A stretch of 63,241 nucleotides of DNA, from positions 62,815,131-62,878,371 of the forward strand of contig NC_068982.1 of assembly GCF_001194135.2 (NCBI RefSeq). Reading direction: 5' to 3'. Under the pieces are notes generated by a model. That model was given only the letters and a program-made list of their open reading frames with translations, had not been told where the DNA came from and searched no databases. A program made the translations under genes and the position numbers. Origin of the DNA: Octopus bimaculoides. Its lineage: Eukaryota. Shown here one piece after another: positions 12,261 to 24,647 of the stretch (positions within the stretch are counted from its first letter, which is position 1; each line of letters opens with the position of its first letter).

Positions 12261-12722
12261 GCTCTGATGCAGTACCAGGCAGTGGCTCTCATGACAGCTG
12301 AAAGTGTTATCGTGTATATGTTTTGCTCGAACCAGTATCCCTTGGTGGCTGACGATATGTGCATCTCTGATCACAGGCAGAAGTAGTGGGGGAGAATCAT
12401 GGCTACGTACTGAGAGGAAATTTTGTGGGGTTTGAATAGTTCACATCTGGAAACATGGTGGATGTTTTATTCAACATCCTTAAACAAACCATATTATAGG
12501 ACCATTTGAGTGGGATGGGCCGCTCGACGAGAAGAAAATTCTAACTGGGCTCTACTTGCAAGTTATGCGCTGTTTATCATATGAGATCACCATGTCGCGC
12601 ACATATGGTTGTGATGCATGTGCCTGGTGTATCCTTATCAGACAGGTAGTCATGATGGGCATGTTGGGTTTCGTATATTTGTACCCTAGTATCACTTGAT
12701 GGCATGCGCTGCTCTATCACTC
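12261..12722 (+). mobile_element. Unclassified non-coding interspersed element bounded by (TAA)n(GAT)n and (TAA)n
   Basis: Complex ~460-bp segment (TCTGATGCAGTACCAGGCAGTGGCTCTCATG...GCGCTGCTCTATCACTC) ending directly in (AAT)n. Recalled as a high-copy octopus repeat, not verified. Confidence 0.5.
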
Positions 12723-12788
<66 letters not shown>

Positions 12789-12800
12789 GATAATAATAAT

Positions 12801-13610
<810 letters not shown>

Positions 13611-13845
13611 AAGGCAGCGATCTAACAGAATTGTTAGCATTCCGGATGAGGTGATTAATGTCATTTCGTCCGTCTTTATGTTCTGAGTTTAAATTCCGCC
13701 GAGGTTGACTTCGCTTTTCGTCCTTTTGGAATCAATGAAAGAATTACCAGTCGATGTAATCAGCTAGTCCCCTTCCCTAAAATTTCAGGACTTGTGCCTA
13801 TAGTAGAAAATCTCAAGCCTTGTGCCTACTTTAGAAAGAGTTATT
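13611..13845 (+). mobile_element. tRNA-headed SINE family B (central domain GACTTTGCCTTTCATCCTTTCGGGGTCGATAAA-like)
   Basis: Head AAGGCAGCGATCTAACAGAATTGTTAGCA, TTCTGAGTTTAAATTCCGCCGAGGTTGACTT, and tail CCTATAGTAGAAA partly duplicated. Homologous to 34946 and 41165. Confidence 0.85.
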
Positions 13846-15089
13846 ACAAACTGCCTTTGCTTCCGTTACTAAGCTGAAGAAAAATCCTAATTAGGCGGAC
13901 CTACGATCAAATGTCATCTATCAATAGCTTCAAATGTCAACTAGGACTGAAATGTTCAATGAACCATTCTTTAATGCAGGAGGATGTCATTTGAGAGATA
14001 TCTGGCTGGTTTTTGTAGAAGTTCTTGTGACTATGATAGAGTTTACTTCATTAGCCGGAAGGTTTAGCGATTATGCAATTTTCACACATTTCTCTAGGAT
14101 AATAACGTTAATGGTGAGTATCGAAAAATAAATCGAAACTACTCGGCGCCCTTTCATCACGGACTGAGATCTTAGATAAAACTAGTCGCTACAAATTCGT
14201 AGAAATATAATCCCAAATAACACTGAGGTTAATATTGTACTTATTCCAAAGAAATACGCTGTTAGGGATTCTTTAGCCAATTTAATCCCGACAAATTACT
14301 TATTTTATCAAAGCCATTTTCGAACGAAATGAACCTTGTCGATTATTCTGACTCAGAATTCAGTGTTTAATTTTGATGTCATAAAGAACCTAGTCTGGCA
14401 TTAAACAACCACTTCATTACCTTACACATATTTGTCTACTTCTGTCCACCTTGTCTGCTTATAAGTATGCATGTATTTATGCCCGTATGTATGTATGTAT
14501 GTATGTATGTATGTATGTATGTATGTATGTATGTATGTATGCATGCATGTGTGCACGCGCACGTATACTTAAATACATACGCATTTACATATATTCATTC
14601 AATATTCTAGATACTTTCATGGAGTCTCCGGCAACTACTGGCAAGATTTCGTCACAACGCTGGAAACAATCTTAAATTTCAGGAATTATAAAATGCTCCT
14701 GATGTTAATAGCAGTGAATCTCCCTCACTAGGGTACTTATTTTCAAATAGGCAGAGTGAGTCTAAGAGTGAATTGTTTTCGTCAGATGCACATCAAGTAG
14801 CTAGTGGTAGGATGCGAGACATTGACATTCAGTTAGCAGGTTATACCCTATCATAGTGCACAGCTATGAATGTCTCTGCGTTGTCTGTGAAGCATGTTTC
14901 TGTAAAATGTACAAAGTGTCTGATGAAGGTCCGGTCTGTGAAGGAAACTCGTACTATCATGATTAGTATGTACGAGAAAGTAGCATGTACCAGTAACTAA
15001 AATGTCTCTGCATTTTCTATATCGACTAGACTACGGATGTTGTTATACGGCTCTGATAACAGCGTGCTTTCTCACATTATTCTAGCATT

Positions 15090-15230
15090 CGAGTGATGCC
15101 ACCCAGCTAACCAGGCGGACAGTTCCTCCTGAACCGAACACCAATCCATTGCAGAGTGTTACCCATTTGCAGCTGAGTGGACTGGTGCAAAGTGAAAAAA
15201 AGTGTTTTATACAAGAAAACAAGGCAACGT
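15090..15230 (-). mobile_element. Fragment of the V-domain-like SINE family seen at 21233
   Basis: Reverse complement AAAACACTTTTTTTCACTTTGCACCAGTCCACTCAGCTGCAAATGGGTAAC...CTGCAATGGATTGG parallels 21330-21400. Confidence 0.65.
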
Positions 15231-16587
15231 ATGAATTCTTTATATAATTCTTATTATAATTAACTTGTGCCATTAAAGTACCATGTATTATTGATGAGAA
15301 CGTAATAATTATTAAGATCAGTGGGGTCCAGTAATTAACATGTGGCATAGCTAGCATAACGTGAACTGCTGATTGATGCACAGAAGCCATCTTTTTTTCG
15401 CTTAGGATCGATGAGTGTCCAACTATACCTCAAATAGCAGTCATAAGGCATGAGAGTACAGTTAAGCTTAATATACTGAATAAATAATGCGAGATAAGTC
15501 AGAAATATCACTAATGAATGCAAGCTTAGCCAGTGGCACGTATTTTAGTGAAAACTTGTTATAATATATACTTACGGTACGAAAATACAATCAATCACCA
15601 CATATAAATATTTACAGTAGTATAAGTATGTGGTGTGGTGGGGAAAGATGGCAGTGGGTGGTGGACAGCTTTACAGTCTTATTTAGTTTCTAAGTAAAAA
15701 GGAAACGATTCCGTCATTGTCGTAAAGTGGTAAATCTTCGTCGATTTAATATTGCAAAATGGATTTCAGATAACATCTCATTGATAAAATATGTGATGCA
15801 AAAAAAATTAAGTTAGGGAAACGGCTGGAGTTTTTGTATATAATTGAGTATCTGAGATAATAAGCCAGAATGTGGGTATGTAAAAGAGGGATGAGAGTGG
15901 ATGAATGAATATAAGAGAAGGGGACAGAAAGAGATGAGTGAAAGATTCAGTGAAGTATAGCCAGGAGGATTACATATACGCAGAGGAAACAGACATACAT
16001 CACGCACAAGGATGAACACTAACACATGCGTATACACACAGGCACACTTATACACATACGCATATTCACACATATATGGATATTTATATGTATGTATGTA
16101 TATATATATATATATATATGCATGTATTAGAATGTATATATCTACAAACACACACACACACACACACGTGTGTGTGTGTGTATGTGTGTGTATGTCTATG
16201 AGGAGAGCCAAGGAGCACGTAAAGTGAGATGTCCAGAAAGGAGTCAACTAGAACAGACGAGATGAAATCAACGGTGAAAATAATCTTTGTCTTTCTATCT
16301 CAATCTCTTTCCATCTGTCCCTGCTTCCTCTCTCTCTTCTCTATTTATCTTTCTCTCTCTCTACCTCTCTCTCATACACACACTGAAACACACACACACT
16401 TCATTTGTCTGTCTGTCTGTCTGTTTATTTCAATGCAGACTGCTTCAGGATGTATTGTTGGTTACAGCTTGAATTTGTTCCACTTGAGTTTACTTATGGA
16501 AAGGCATGAACATCGATAATTCAATATCTTGATGTCTATGATGTACACGGAAATGCGTCTAATTTCGCATTGTCGGGTACATATGTT

Positions 16588-16628
<41 letters not shown>

Positions 16629-16818
16629 ACATATATATATATATATATATATATANNNNNNNNNNNNNNNNNNNNNNNNNNNNNNNNNNNNNNNNNNNNN
16701 NNNNNNNNNNNNNNNNNNNNNNNNNNNNNNNNNNNNNNNNNNNNNNNNNNNNNNNNNNNNNNNNNNNNNNNNNNNNNNNNNNNNNNNNNNNNNNNNNNNN
16801 NNNNNNNNNNNNNNNNNN

Positions 16819-16866
<48 letters not shown>

Positions 16867-17794
16867 AATAGTTGTGTAGATTCGTGAAGCAACGCAGATA
16901 GCAAATGAGAGAAATTTGTAATAGTAAAATGGCGGAAGTGTTTATAGCGACGGTGAGAGCGAATAAGAGAACGGTGTGAGATGGAGAGGGGAAAATGAGA
17001 AAGGAGGGGCGTAGGCTGTTTTAAATACACCCACCACTCAACCATCGAGGATAATATTATTCCCTAAATGATAGTTAAAGAATTATAACGTGGGGTGGGA
17101 TAGAGCGGAAGATATTTCAGAGTGAAAAGGAAAGAAGTATGGTGGAGTTGGTTGTTGTGTAATGGAATGACAGAACGCGATAAATGAATGTCATATAATT
17201 TAGAAACTTGCCAGCTAAGAAAAAAAGAAAGAACGAAGAAAAGAAGGAAAGAAAGCTAGAAAGAAAGAAAGAAGTGATTGTTTTTACCAATAGAATGCGT
17301 TAGTAAGCGGTGAAGAAATTATTAAGGTTCAGGTATTCATTAGATGCTTGGCTAATTCAATCAAAGATGCTATTATCCGTTTGAAATACGATCCACACAA
17401 GACACGTATTACTAAGAAATTATGTTAAAGGTTGGAGAGATACCAAGTGTAGACATTCTGTTTTCACGGTATTTTTGTTTGATTCTTCTTGTGGAATTGT
17501 GGTATAGTAGTTCCGGAGAATCAGCATAATGGTAAACGTTTATCATATTCAAATAATTTGATACACTAGGTACACAGTTAATACAAAAGTCCAGCTTCTG
17601 TTTCTATGAGTTAAAATTTTAATGGAGAATTTCTTAATTTCCTTTCTTTATATTTTCTCATTTTTAACATTTTCTTCTAGACAAAGATAGCACTACGGAA
17701 ATTTTATCTTTTGTTTTACCATTTTAAAGACTTTTCATTTGTACAAAGATGGGGTAGCAAATTTATGTAGAAAACCCAATAAAACATTTTTGAT

Positions 17795-17945
17795 ACGGTC
17801 ATTTACGCTCGGTGTTCAAATCTCGCCGAAGTCAACTTTTCATTTTAACCTTTTGCGTTTGGTAAAATAATTACCATTCAAGGACTGAGCTACATATAAC
17901 TATCTACACTCACCAAAATTTTGAAGTCTTGTGCTTCAGTTAGAA
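17795..17945 (+). mobile_element. SINE family B, degenerate
   Basis: TTCAAATCTCGCCGAAGTCAACTTTTCATTTTAACCTTTTGCG...AAAATTTTGAAGTCTTGTGC. Confidence 0.6.
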
Positions 17946-19564
17946 ATGAATATTTCTTTTATACAAAGGGCGACAAAATAGCATAATCACTAGAGCCGAT
18001 AACAAAGTGTTTTGTAGTATTTAGTTACGCTGTGACCTTGCCCATTGGGAACAATTCGCCTGTTATGGGACATAGAGATAAACCCCAGTCAATCACTGAT
18101 ATCTATTAAAGACAAGTGGAAGTCTTACTCTTGTCAATGATGAAAATTAACACATCATTTTCTAAGTAAATGGATCCCCAGCTTCGACGAGTTTTCTGTA
18201 ACAGAACTTGTAGCTCATTGACAATAGGCTAAGTGGCTTTATATGTCACAGAAACATCTATCCTTAATGTGATCCTCATTCAGAAACAACGTGGTATAGT
18301 AAGTGACAAGTCTAACCAGTTGAATTAGGCTTACACACCTCATTCCATATCAAAGTCAAATGGCTTAGTTATACTGGTTAAAGGGATTTGCTTTCGAATC
18401 GACGGGAATGGTTCTATTGTTTTGCAACAGCATACTTAATTCACTATCCTGTCTCACGAGGTTAAACAGTAGAAATTCTGAAAGTATCACTTGCTAGGGA
18501 ATGATGTTTCATTCAAGATGAGGCTTAAATGCCTATTAAATCTTAATCTTTAGTCATTAGCCTCGTCATTTAGTCATTAGCACTGATACAAAAGGTTACC
18601 TATCAGTAGATTATATTTGTGATCGTAAAACAAGATAAATTTGTGCTCCAAAGTTGTCCATCACTAGTAACGTCGGATTTAGTTTCCTTGTCTCAATTAA
18701 CTTAAAACTGGTTGATTTTGGATCTATTTTATTTCTATTGTTACCATTCGATTATCTAAGCTTCGCTTTGAACTATGGATATTGTTCAGAGACACACAAA
18801 CAAGCAGGCTGCACGTACTGAATATCAACTCACGAATCAAGTTTATCCAAGTATTTATCAACCAGGCATTTTATTTGATACACACACGCACACACACGTA
18901 CGCACACATGCCGCACACACACACACACATTCATACAAATCTCCTCCGACTCCCTCACACTCGTAACCATAATCATAATCATCGTCGGTGTCATCTTTAT
19001 CACTGACATCATTATAAGCATGATTATGAACACTAGCCACAGCACCTTACGCTGGTTATTCATCTAGATGTTTGAAAAGGTGCATGAGCAGGCAAAAAAT
19101 ATTTTGCATGTAATGAATGTCCCTTTTGTACTGTATTAGCTGTTGCAATTGCAAGTTGGATTCGGTAGATCTAAAGCACTAACTTGAAACGAAAATATCT
19201 TGACGCAAATGTAATGAAAGAGAAGGTGTGGGTATTAATAGAAAGCATCAGAACATTACGTTGCCAAAGACTGTATAGTTTTCCAGTCTAGTTTCATTAA
19301 GTTCTTGCCAGTGGTTTTAATGTGGGGGTTTAAGTAATGATACCACATATAATGGGGGAAATGATTCAGTCAATAGAACTGACTCTTGTTTACTATCAGT
19401 GCTTATAATTTCGACCACTGAGGGATGACAGTCAAAGTTGGCCGTAGTGTAATCTCATCACATAACATAAGGACTATAAACGCATAGTTTATAAGTATGT
19501 TGTCTGGTTTTACAGCATTTCTGCTACCAACCCTCATTACGCTCATATAAATATATTATAAAAA

Positions 19565-19713
19565 TAGGCGCAGGCGAGGCTAGGTGGTAAGAAGCTTGCT
19601 TCCCAGTCACATGGTTCCGGGTTCAGTCTCACTGAAACTTGTGCAGATGCCTTCTACTATAGCCTCGTGAGTGGATTGTTAGATGGAAACAAAGAAACCT
19701 GTCGTATATATGT

Positions 19714-19764
<51 letters not shown>

Positions 19765-19830
19765 TGCGTGTGTCTTTGTGTCTGTGTTTGTCACCCCACT
19801 CTACTGCTTGACAACCGGTGTTGGTGTGCT
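19565..19830 (+). mobile_element. SINE family A
   Basis: AGGCGCAGGCGAGGCTAGGTGGTAAGAAGCTTGCTTCCCAGTCACATGGTTCCGGGTTCAGTC head, internal (TG)n, and CTTGACAACCGGTGTTGGTGTG. Confidence 0.85.
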
Positions 19831-19941
19831 TTCTAAACGTAGAGTCTCTTTGATTAGAGCTGACCTTGGGAACCAACAGGATAACGATAATTAGACCAAA
19901 AACACAAAATTGACAATATATATGTATACATATACATACAC

Positions 19942-20010
<69 letters not shown>

Positions 20011-20078
20011 TAGATAGATAGATATATTTATATGAATTATATTATATTATATCTTTTATATATATCATATCTTTTATT

Positions 20079-20141
<63 letters not shown>

Positions 20142-20265
20142 ACAATATATATATATATATATATATATACATACATACATATATATTGGAAAAAACAATA
20201 AGGCACTCGGATATCTGGATGGTTGTACATTTACAGATTTTTATTAATATGTCACATGTTTTATA

Positions 20266-20480
20266 AAGCGATGATGGGGGACAAACAGAGACACACAAAC
20301 ATATTCATATATATATAAACATACGGCGGGCTTCTTTCAATTTCCGTCTACCAGATTCACTCACAAGACTGGTTGGCCCGAGGCTCTAGTAAAAGATACT
20401 TGCCCAAGGCGCCGCGCAGTGAGACTGAACTCGGAACCATGTGGTTTGGAAGCATGCTGGTTTCCACACGTCCACGCCAT
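20266..20480 (-). mobile_element. SINE family A
   Basis: TTTCCGTCTACCAGATTCACTCACAAG...TTGCCCAAGGCGCCGCGCAGTGAGACTGAACTCGGAACCATGTGG is the reverse complement of the family A head and body. Confidence 0.85.
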
Positions 20481-21027
20481 TATATTATATATTATATAAA
20501 TATATACACGCATATGCATACGCGTACATATACACAAAAACACAGCGATAAACACTAATTGTATTTGTACATTTCTTCACTCTCATCAGTAATTAAAAAT
20601 TAGCAATCTTTCTGAAAAAGAAAGTAGTAAAAAAAACTGAATTGCGAGTACAGGATGGAAGATACGATGGATTATATGAAGTGACTGATATCATCTTTCC
20701 GGTAGGTCTCGCTTTAACGTCGATCAAAAAGGCTCAGTAATTTTGTGTGAAACGGTGCGTCCAGCTCAATTCAATTTTGTAATGACGTAACTGGTTAAGA
20801 AATGATATCAGAATTATTTCATCGGTAAGGAATGATCTTATCTTATTTCTCTCCTTAAATTCATTCTACTTGCAAAACCAAGTGTTCAGGAAATCAGCAA
20901 ATATCAACTGGTAAATAGATAATGATGTTTTGATAACTAGAACTATGTGCATGTCGTGTGTGTAGCTGTGTGCTTGTGCATGTCTGTTTGTGTGCGTGTG
21001 AGTGTCTGTTAGGTTGCATGTCAATGT

Positions 21028-21063
<36 letters not shown>

Positions 21064-21073
21064 NNNNNNNNNN

Positions 21074-21113
<40 letters not shown>

Positions 21114-21232
21114 TGTATGCATAATCTTACAGCATATGCAAAATGACTTTTTGTATATTTTGGTTCATTATATTCTGCATCCCAATCATGCTGTGTTCAA
21201 GAGTCATTTTGTTCTTCTAGTATTTAACTACT

Positions 21233-21494
21233 GTGGAGGCGCGTGGCCTAGTGGTTAGAGTGTCAGCACCATGATAGTAAGATTGTGGTTTCGGTTCCTG
21301 GACCGGGCGATGCGTTGTGTTCTTGATCAAAACACTTCATTTCACGTTGTTCCAGTCCGCTCAGCAGGCAAAAATGAGTAACGCTGCGATGGACTGGCGT
21401 CTCGTCCAGCTGGGGAACACATACGCCATTGAAACCGGGGAAACCGGGCCCTTGAGCCTGGCTAGGCTTTAAAAGGGCGCATTTCTTTCTTTCT
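21233..21494 (+). mobile_element. Full-length tRNA-headed SINE with V-domain-like body and 15-bp target-site duplication
   Basis: A box TGGCCTAGTGG, B box GGTTTCGGTTCC, body CTGCGATGGACTGGCGTCTCGTCCAG, and TSD TAGTATTTAACTACT at 21218-21232 and 21495-21509. Confidence 0.9.
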
Positions 21495-21958
21495 TAGTAT
21501 TTAACTACTACCAACCAGGTACGGGGTTTCGATTTAATCAACAGAGAAGTAGAAGCAAGTTTCACTATGTAAACATCTGACACTGCCATCAATTTCTCCA
21601 CTGTTTCTAAGTTGTATCGGCTATTACACTTAGATTAAATAACATCAATAGAGTGGAGAGGAGAGAATGGCTACTTGGGCAACGGCTGGTCTTCATTTAA
21701 ACTTTCTCCGACTTGCGCCCAAGAAAAATGCGGTGTCACGTCACCGCATTTTTCCTGCACTGATGTAAGCAAACGTGACATACAGCTGCTTAAGAAGAAT
21801 GTGCGTAGGAGTGCTGGTGTGTGTGTGTGTGTGCGCGCGCTCGGGTATTTCCGAATTCGAACGCATGTAGGAAATGGATACTGTGCGTGCACATGACTAA
21901 AAGTGAATGAGGGAAGTGTTGCAGACATTTTAGCTTGAAAGATACCAGCAAGTGAAAC

Positions 21959-22033
<75 letters not shown>
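21959..22033. repeat. (TATC)n microsatellite, 5' flank of the Tx1-type LINE
   Basis: Direct inspection. Confidence 0.95.
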
Positions 22034-23548
22034 GAGATAACGAGAAGGGTGGCCACTCTAGCCCGGCAATGGGNNNNNNNNNNNNNNNNNNNNNNNNNNN
22101 NNNNNNNNNNNNNNNNNNNNNNNNNNNNNNNNNNNNNNNNNNNNNNNNNNNNNNNNNNNNNNNNNNNNNNNNNNNNNNNNNNNNNNNNNNNNNNNNNNNN
22201 NNNNNNNNNNNNNNNNNNNNNNNNNNNNNNNNNNNNNNNNNNNNNNNNNNNNNNNNNNNNNNNNNNNNNNNNNNNNNNNNNNNNNNNNNNNNNNNNNNNN
22301 NNNNNNNNNNNNNNNNNNNNNNNNNNNNNNNNNNNNNNNNNNNNNNNNNNNNNNNNNNNNNNNNNNNNNNNNNNNNNNNNNNNNNNNNNNNNNNNNNNNN
22401 NNNNNNNNNNNNNNNNNNNNNNNNNNNNNNNNNNNNNNNNNNNNNNNNNNNNNNNNNNNNNNNNNNNNNNNNNNNNNNNNNNNNNNNNNNNNNNNNNNNN
22501 NNNNNNNNNNNNNNNNNNNNNNNNNNNNNNNNNNNNNNNNNNNNNNNNNNNNNNNNNNNNNNNNNNNNNNNNNNNNNNNNNNNNNNNNNNNNNNNNNNNN
22601 CGACGAGGAATACCTGACCCGCCTGTTTAAGACGACCTTCGAGCCGGGACCTATGGACAACTTCCAGAGATCCCTGGCCTGGCAGTGCTATCGAGAAGCA
22701 CTACCCGTTCGGGATAAGCTCTACAGGCATGACTCGAGAAACACGGGGCCGACCTGTCCGAGATGCGAGCAGAGCGACGAAACCGTTCTGCACGCACTCG
22801 TACAGTGTCCCACCATTTCCGAGCTGTGGGCTTACGTCGAACAACTGCAATCGAGTGTGGAATGAGTCTGTCTGTCAGCCGAGTCTATCGTGAATATTGT
22901 CGCGCCTCCTTCCTTTAAACGGGAAGGAAGAGCTATTTTCATCGTACTTGTGGCTATGGCGAAAGAATGTGTGTGGTGGACGCGTCTGAAAGGTCTAGAG
23001 ACAAAGACTTTCCTCTCTGGGCAATCTCTCATCAACTTCTTCAAGTATCACCTGAAGAGAAATGTGAGAGTAGAAAGGGAAGTCTTGTCTAGTGAATGCT
23101 TCAAAAAAAGATGGGTGAACGTAGCAAGGATGGCACGTGTGAACGACGGAGCCACCTTGAGCATAACCCTATGAACCAGAAAAAAAATCTAGGAAAAAAA
23201 TAAAACAAAAAGGCAAAAGAGAGTCACTGACTGTTATAGTTTCTTCAATGACAATATTGACCAAGGTTACCGTGGTCTTTTCCGTAGGCGTTTCTTTCCA
23301 CGGCTAAACCTAAACTGTCCTCCTCTCTTTTCCACGAGAACATTACTGTGATACACGATCCCTATTGATCGCCCTTTTTTTTTTCTCGACCCCTTTTGAT
23401 CGAACTCCCCCCCTTTTTCCCTTCCTACGATCCCTTTTGATCGACCCCCACTTTTTTTTCTCTCTCTCCCTCCCCCTCCCAAAAAGAAAAGCTCTACATT
23501 GTATTTGTCCCATCTTCGTTGAGCCCTGTGTGGCTAATAAAAGAATTG
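22034..23548 (+). mobile_element. Tx1/L1-clade LINE, 5'-truncated 3' portion (spans N-gap)
   Basis: zf-RVT-like AWQCYREALPVRDKLYRH...TCPRCEQSDETVLHALVQCPTISELW, a C-terminal ORF ending at 23174, a pyrimidine-rich 3' UTR, and AATAAA at 23536. The pre-gap piece reads ITRRVATLARQW, compatible with the post-RT region. Confidence 0.8.
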
Positions 23549-23700
23549 TATCTATCTATCTATCTATCTATCTATTTATCTGTCTGTCTGTCTGACTATC
23601 TGCCTTTCTGTCTGTCTGCTTGTCTGTCTGTCTGTCTGTCTTTCTGTCTGTCTGTCTAAAAAAGTAGGTAGATAGATAGATTGATAGATAGACGATAGAT
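23549..23700. repeat. (TATC)n/(TGTC)n/(GATA)n microsatellite, 3' flank of the Tx1-type LINE
   Basis: Direct inspection. Confidence 0.9.
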
Positions 23701-24580
23701 TGATATTATATTTATCCTACATTATATCGGTATAACCATGATGAAACCCCGAAAAACTGGTTTACGAGTCAGCATCATTAGACTGTGACCGGCGTAATGG
23801 AATAGGAGCTTTATTTGCATGTTCAAAACGTTTTCCATAAACAAATCTAATATATATATATATATATATACATATATNNNNNNNNNNNNNNNNNNNNNNN
23901 NNNNNNNNNNNNNNNNNNNNNNNNNNNNNNNNNNNNNNNNNNNNNNNNNNNNNNNNNNNNNNNNNNNNNNNNNNNNNNNNNNNNNNNNNNNNNNNNNNNN
24001 NNNNNNNNNNNNNNNNNNNNNNNNNNNNNNNNNNNNNNNNNNNNNNNNNNNNNNNNNNNNNNNNNNNNNNNNNNNNNNNNNNNNNNNNNNNNNNNNNNNN
24101 NNNNNNNNNNNNNNNNNNNNNNNNNNNNNNNNNNNNNNNNNNNNNNNNNNNNNNNNNNNNNNNNNNNNNNNNNNNNNNNNNNNNNNNNNNNNNNNNNNNN
24201 NNNNNNNNNNNNNNNNNNNNNNNNNNNNNNNNNNNNNNNNNNNNNNNNNNNNNNNNNNNNNNNNNNNNNNNNNNNNNNNNNNNNNNNNNNNNNNNNNNNN
24301 NNNNNNNNNNNNNNNNNNNNNNNNNNNNNNNNNNNNNNNNNNNNNNNNNNNNNNNNNNNNNNNNNNNNNNNNNNNNNNNNNNNNNNNNNNNNNNNNNNNN
24401 NNNNNNNNNNNNNNNNNNNNNNNNNNNNNNNNNNNNNNNNNNNNNNNNNNNNNNNNNNNNNNNNNNNNNNNNNNNNNNNNNNNNNNNNNNNNNNNNNNNN
24501 NNNNNNNNNNNNNNNNNNNNNNNNNNNNNNNNNNNNNNNNNNNNNNNNNNNNNNNNNNNNNNNNNNNNNNNNNNNNNNNN

Positions 24581-24647
<67 letters not shown>

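Noticed and set aside
14918-14955. CTGATGA...GAAACTCGTA hammerhead-like string
   Set aside because: No closing pair for stem II, stem III is not palindromic, and there is no stem I.
15407-15485. IDECPTIPQI as a calcium-binding EGF exon
   Set aside because: No further cysteines follow, the frame ends in a stop, and there is no donor.
21233-21310. tRNA gene (also the heads at 34590-34663, 19565 and 34946)
   Set aside because: A and B boxes are present, but the cloverleaf is incomplete and the sequence continues into SINE bodies with tails and TSDs.
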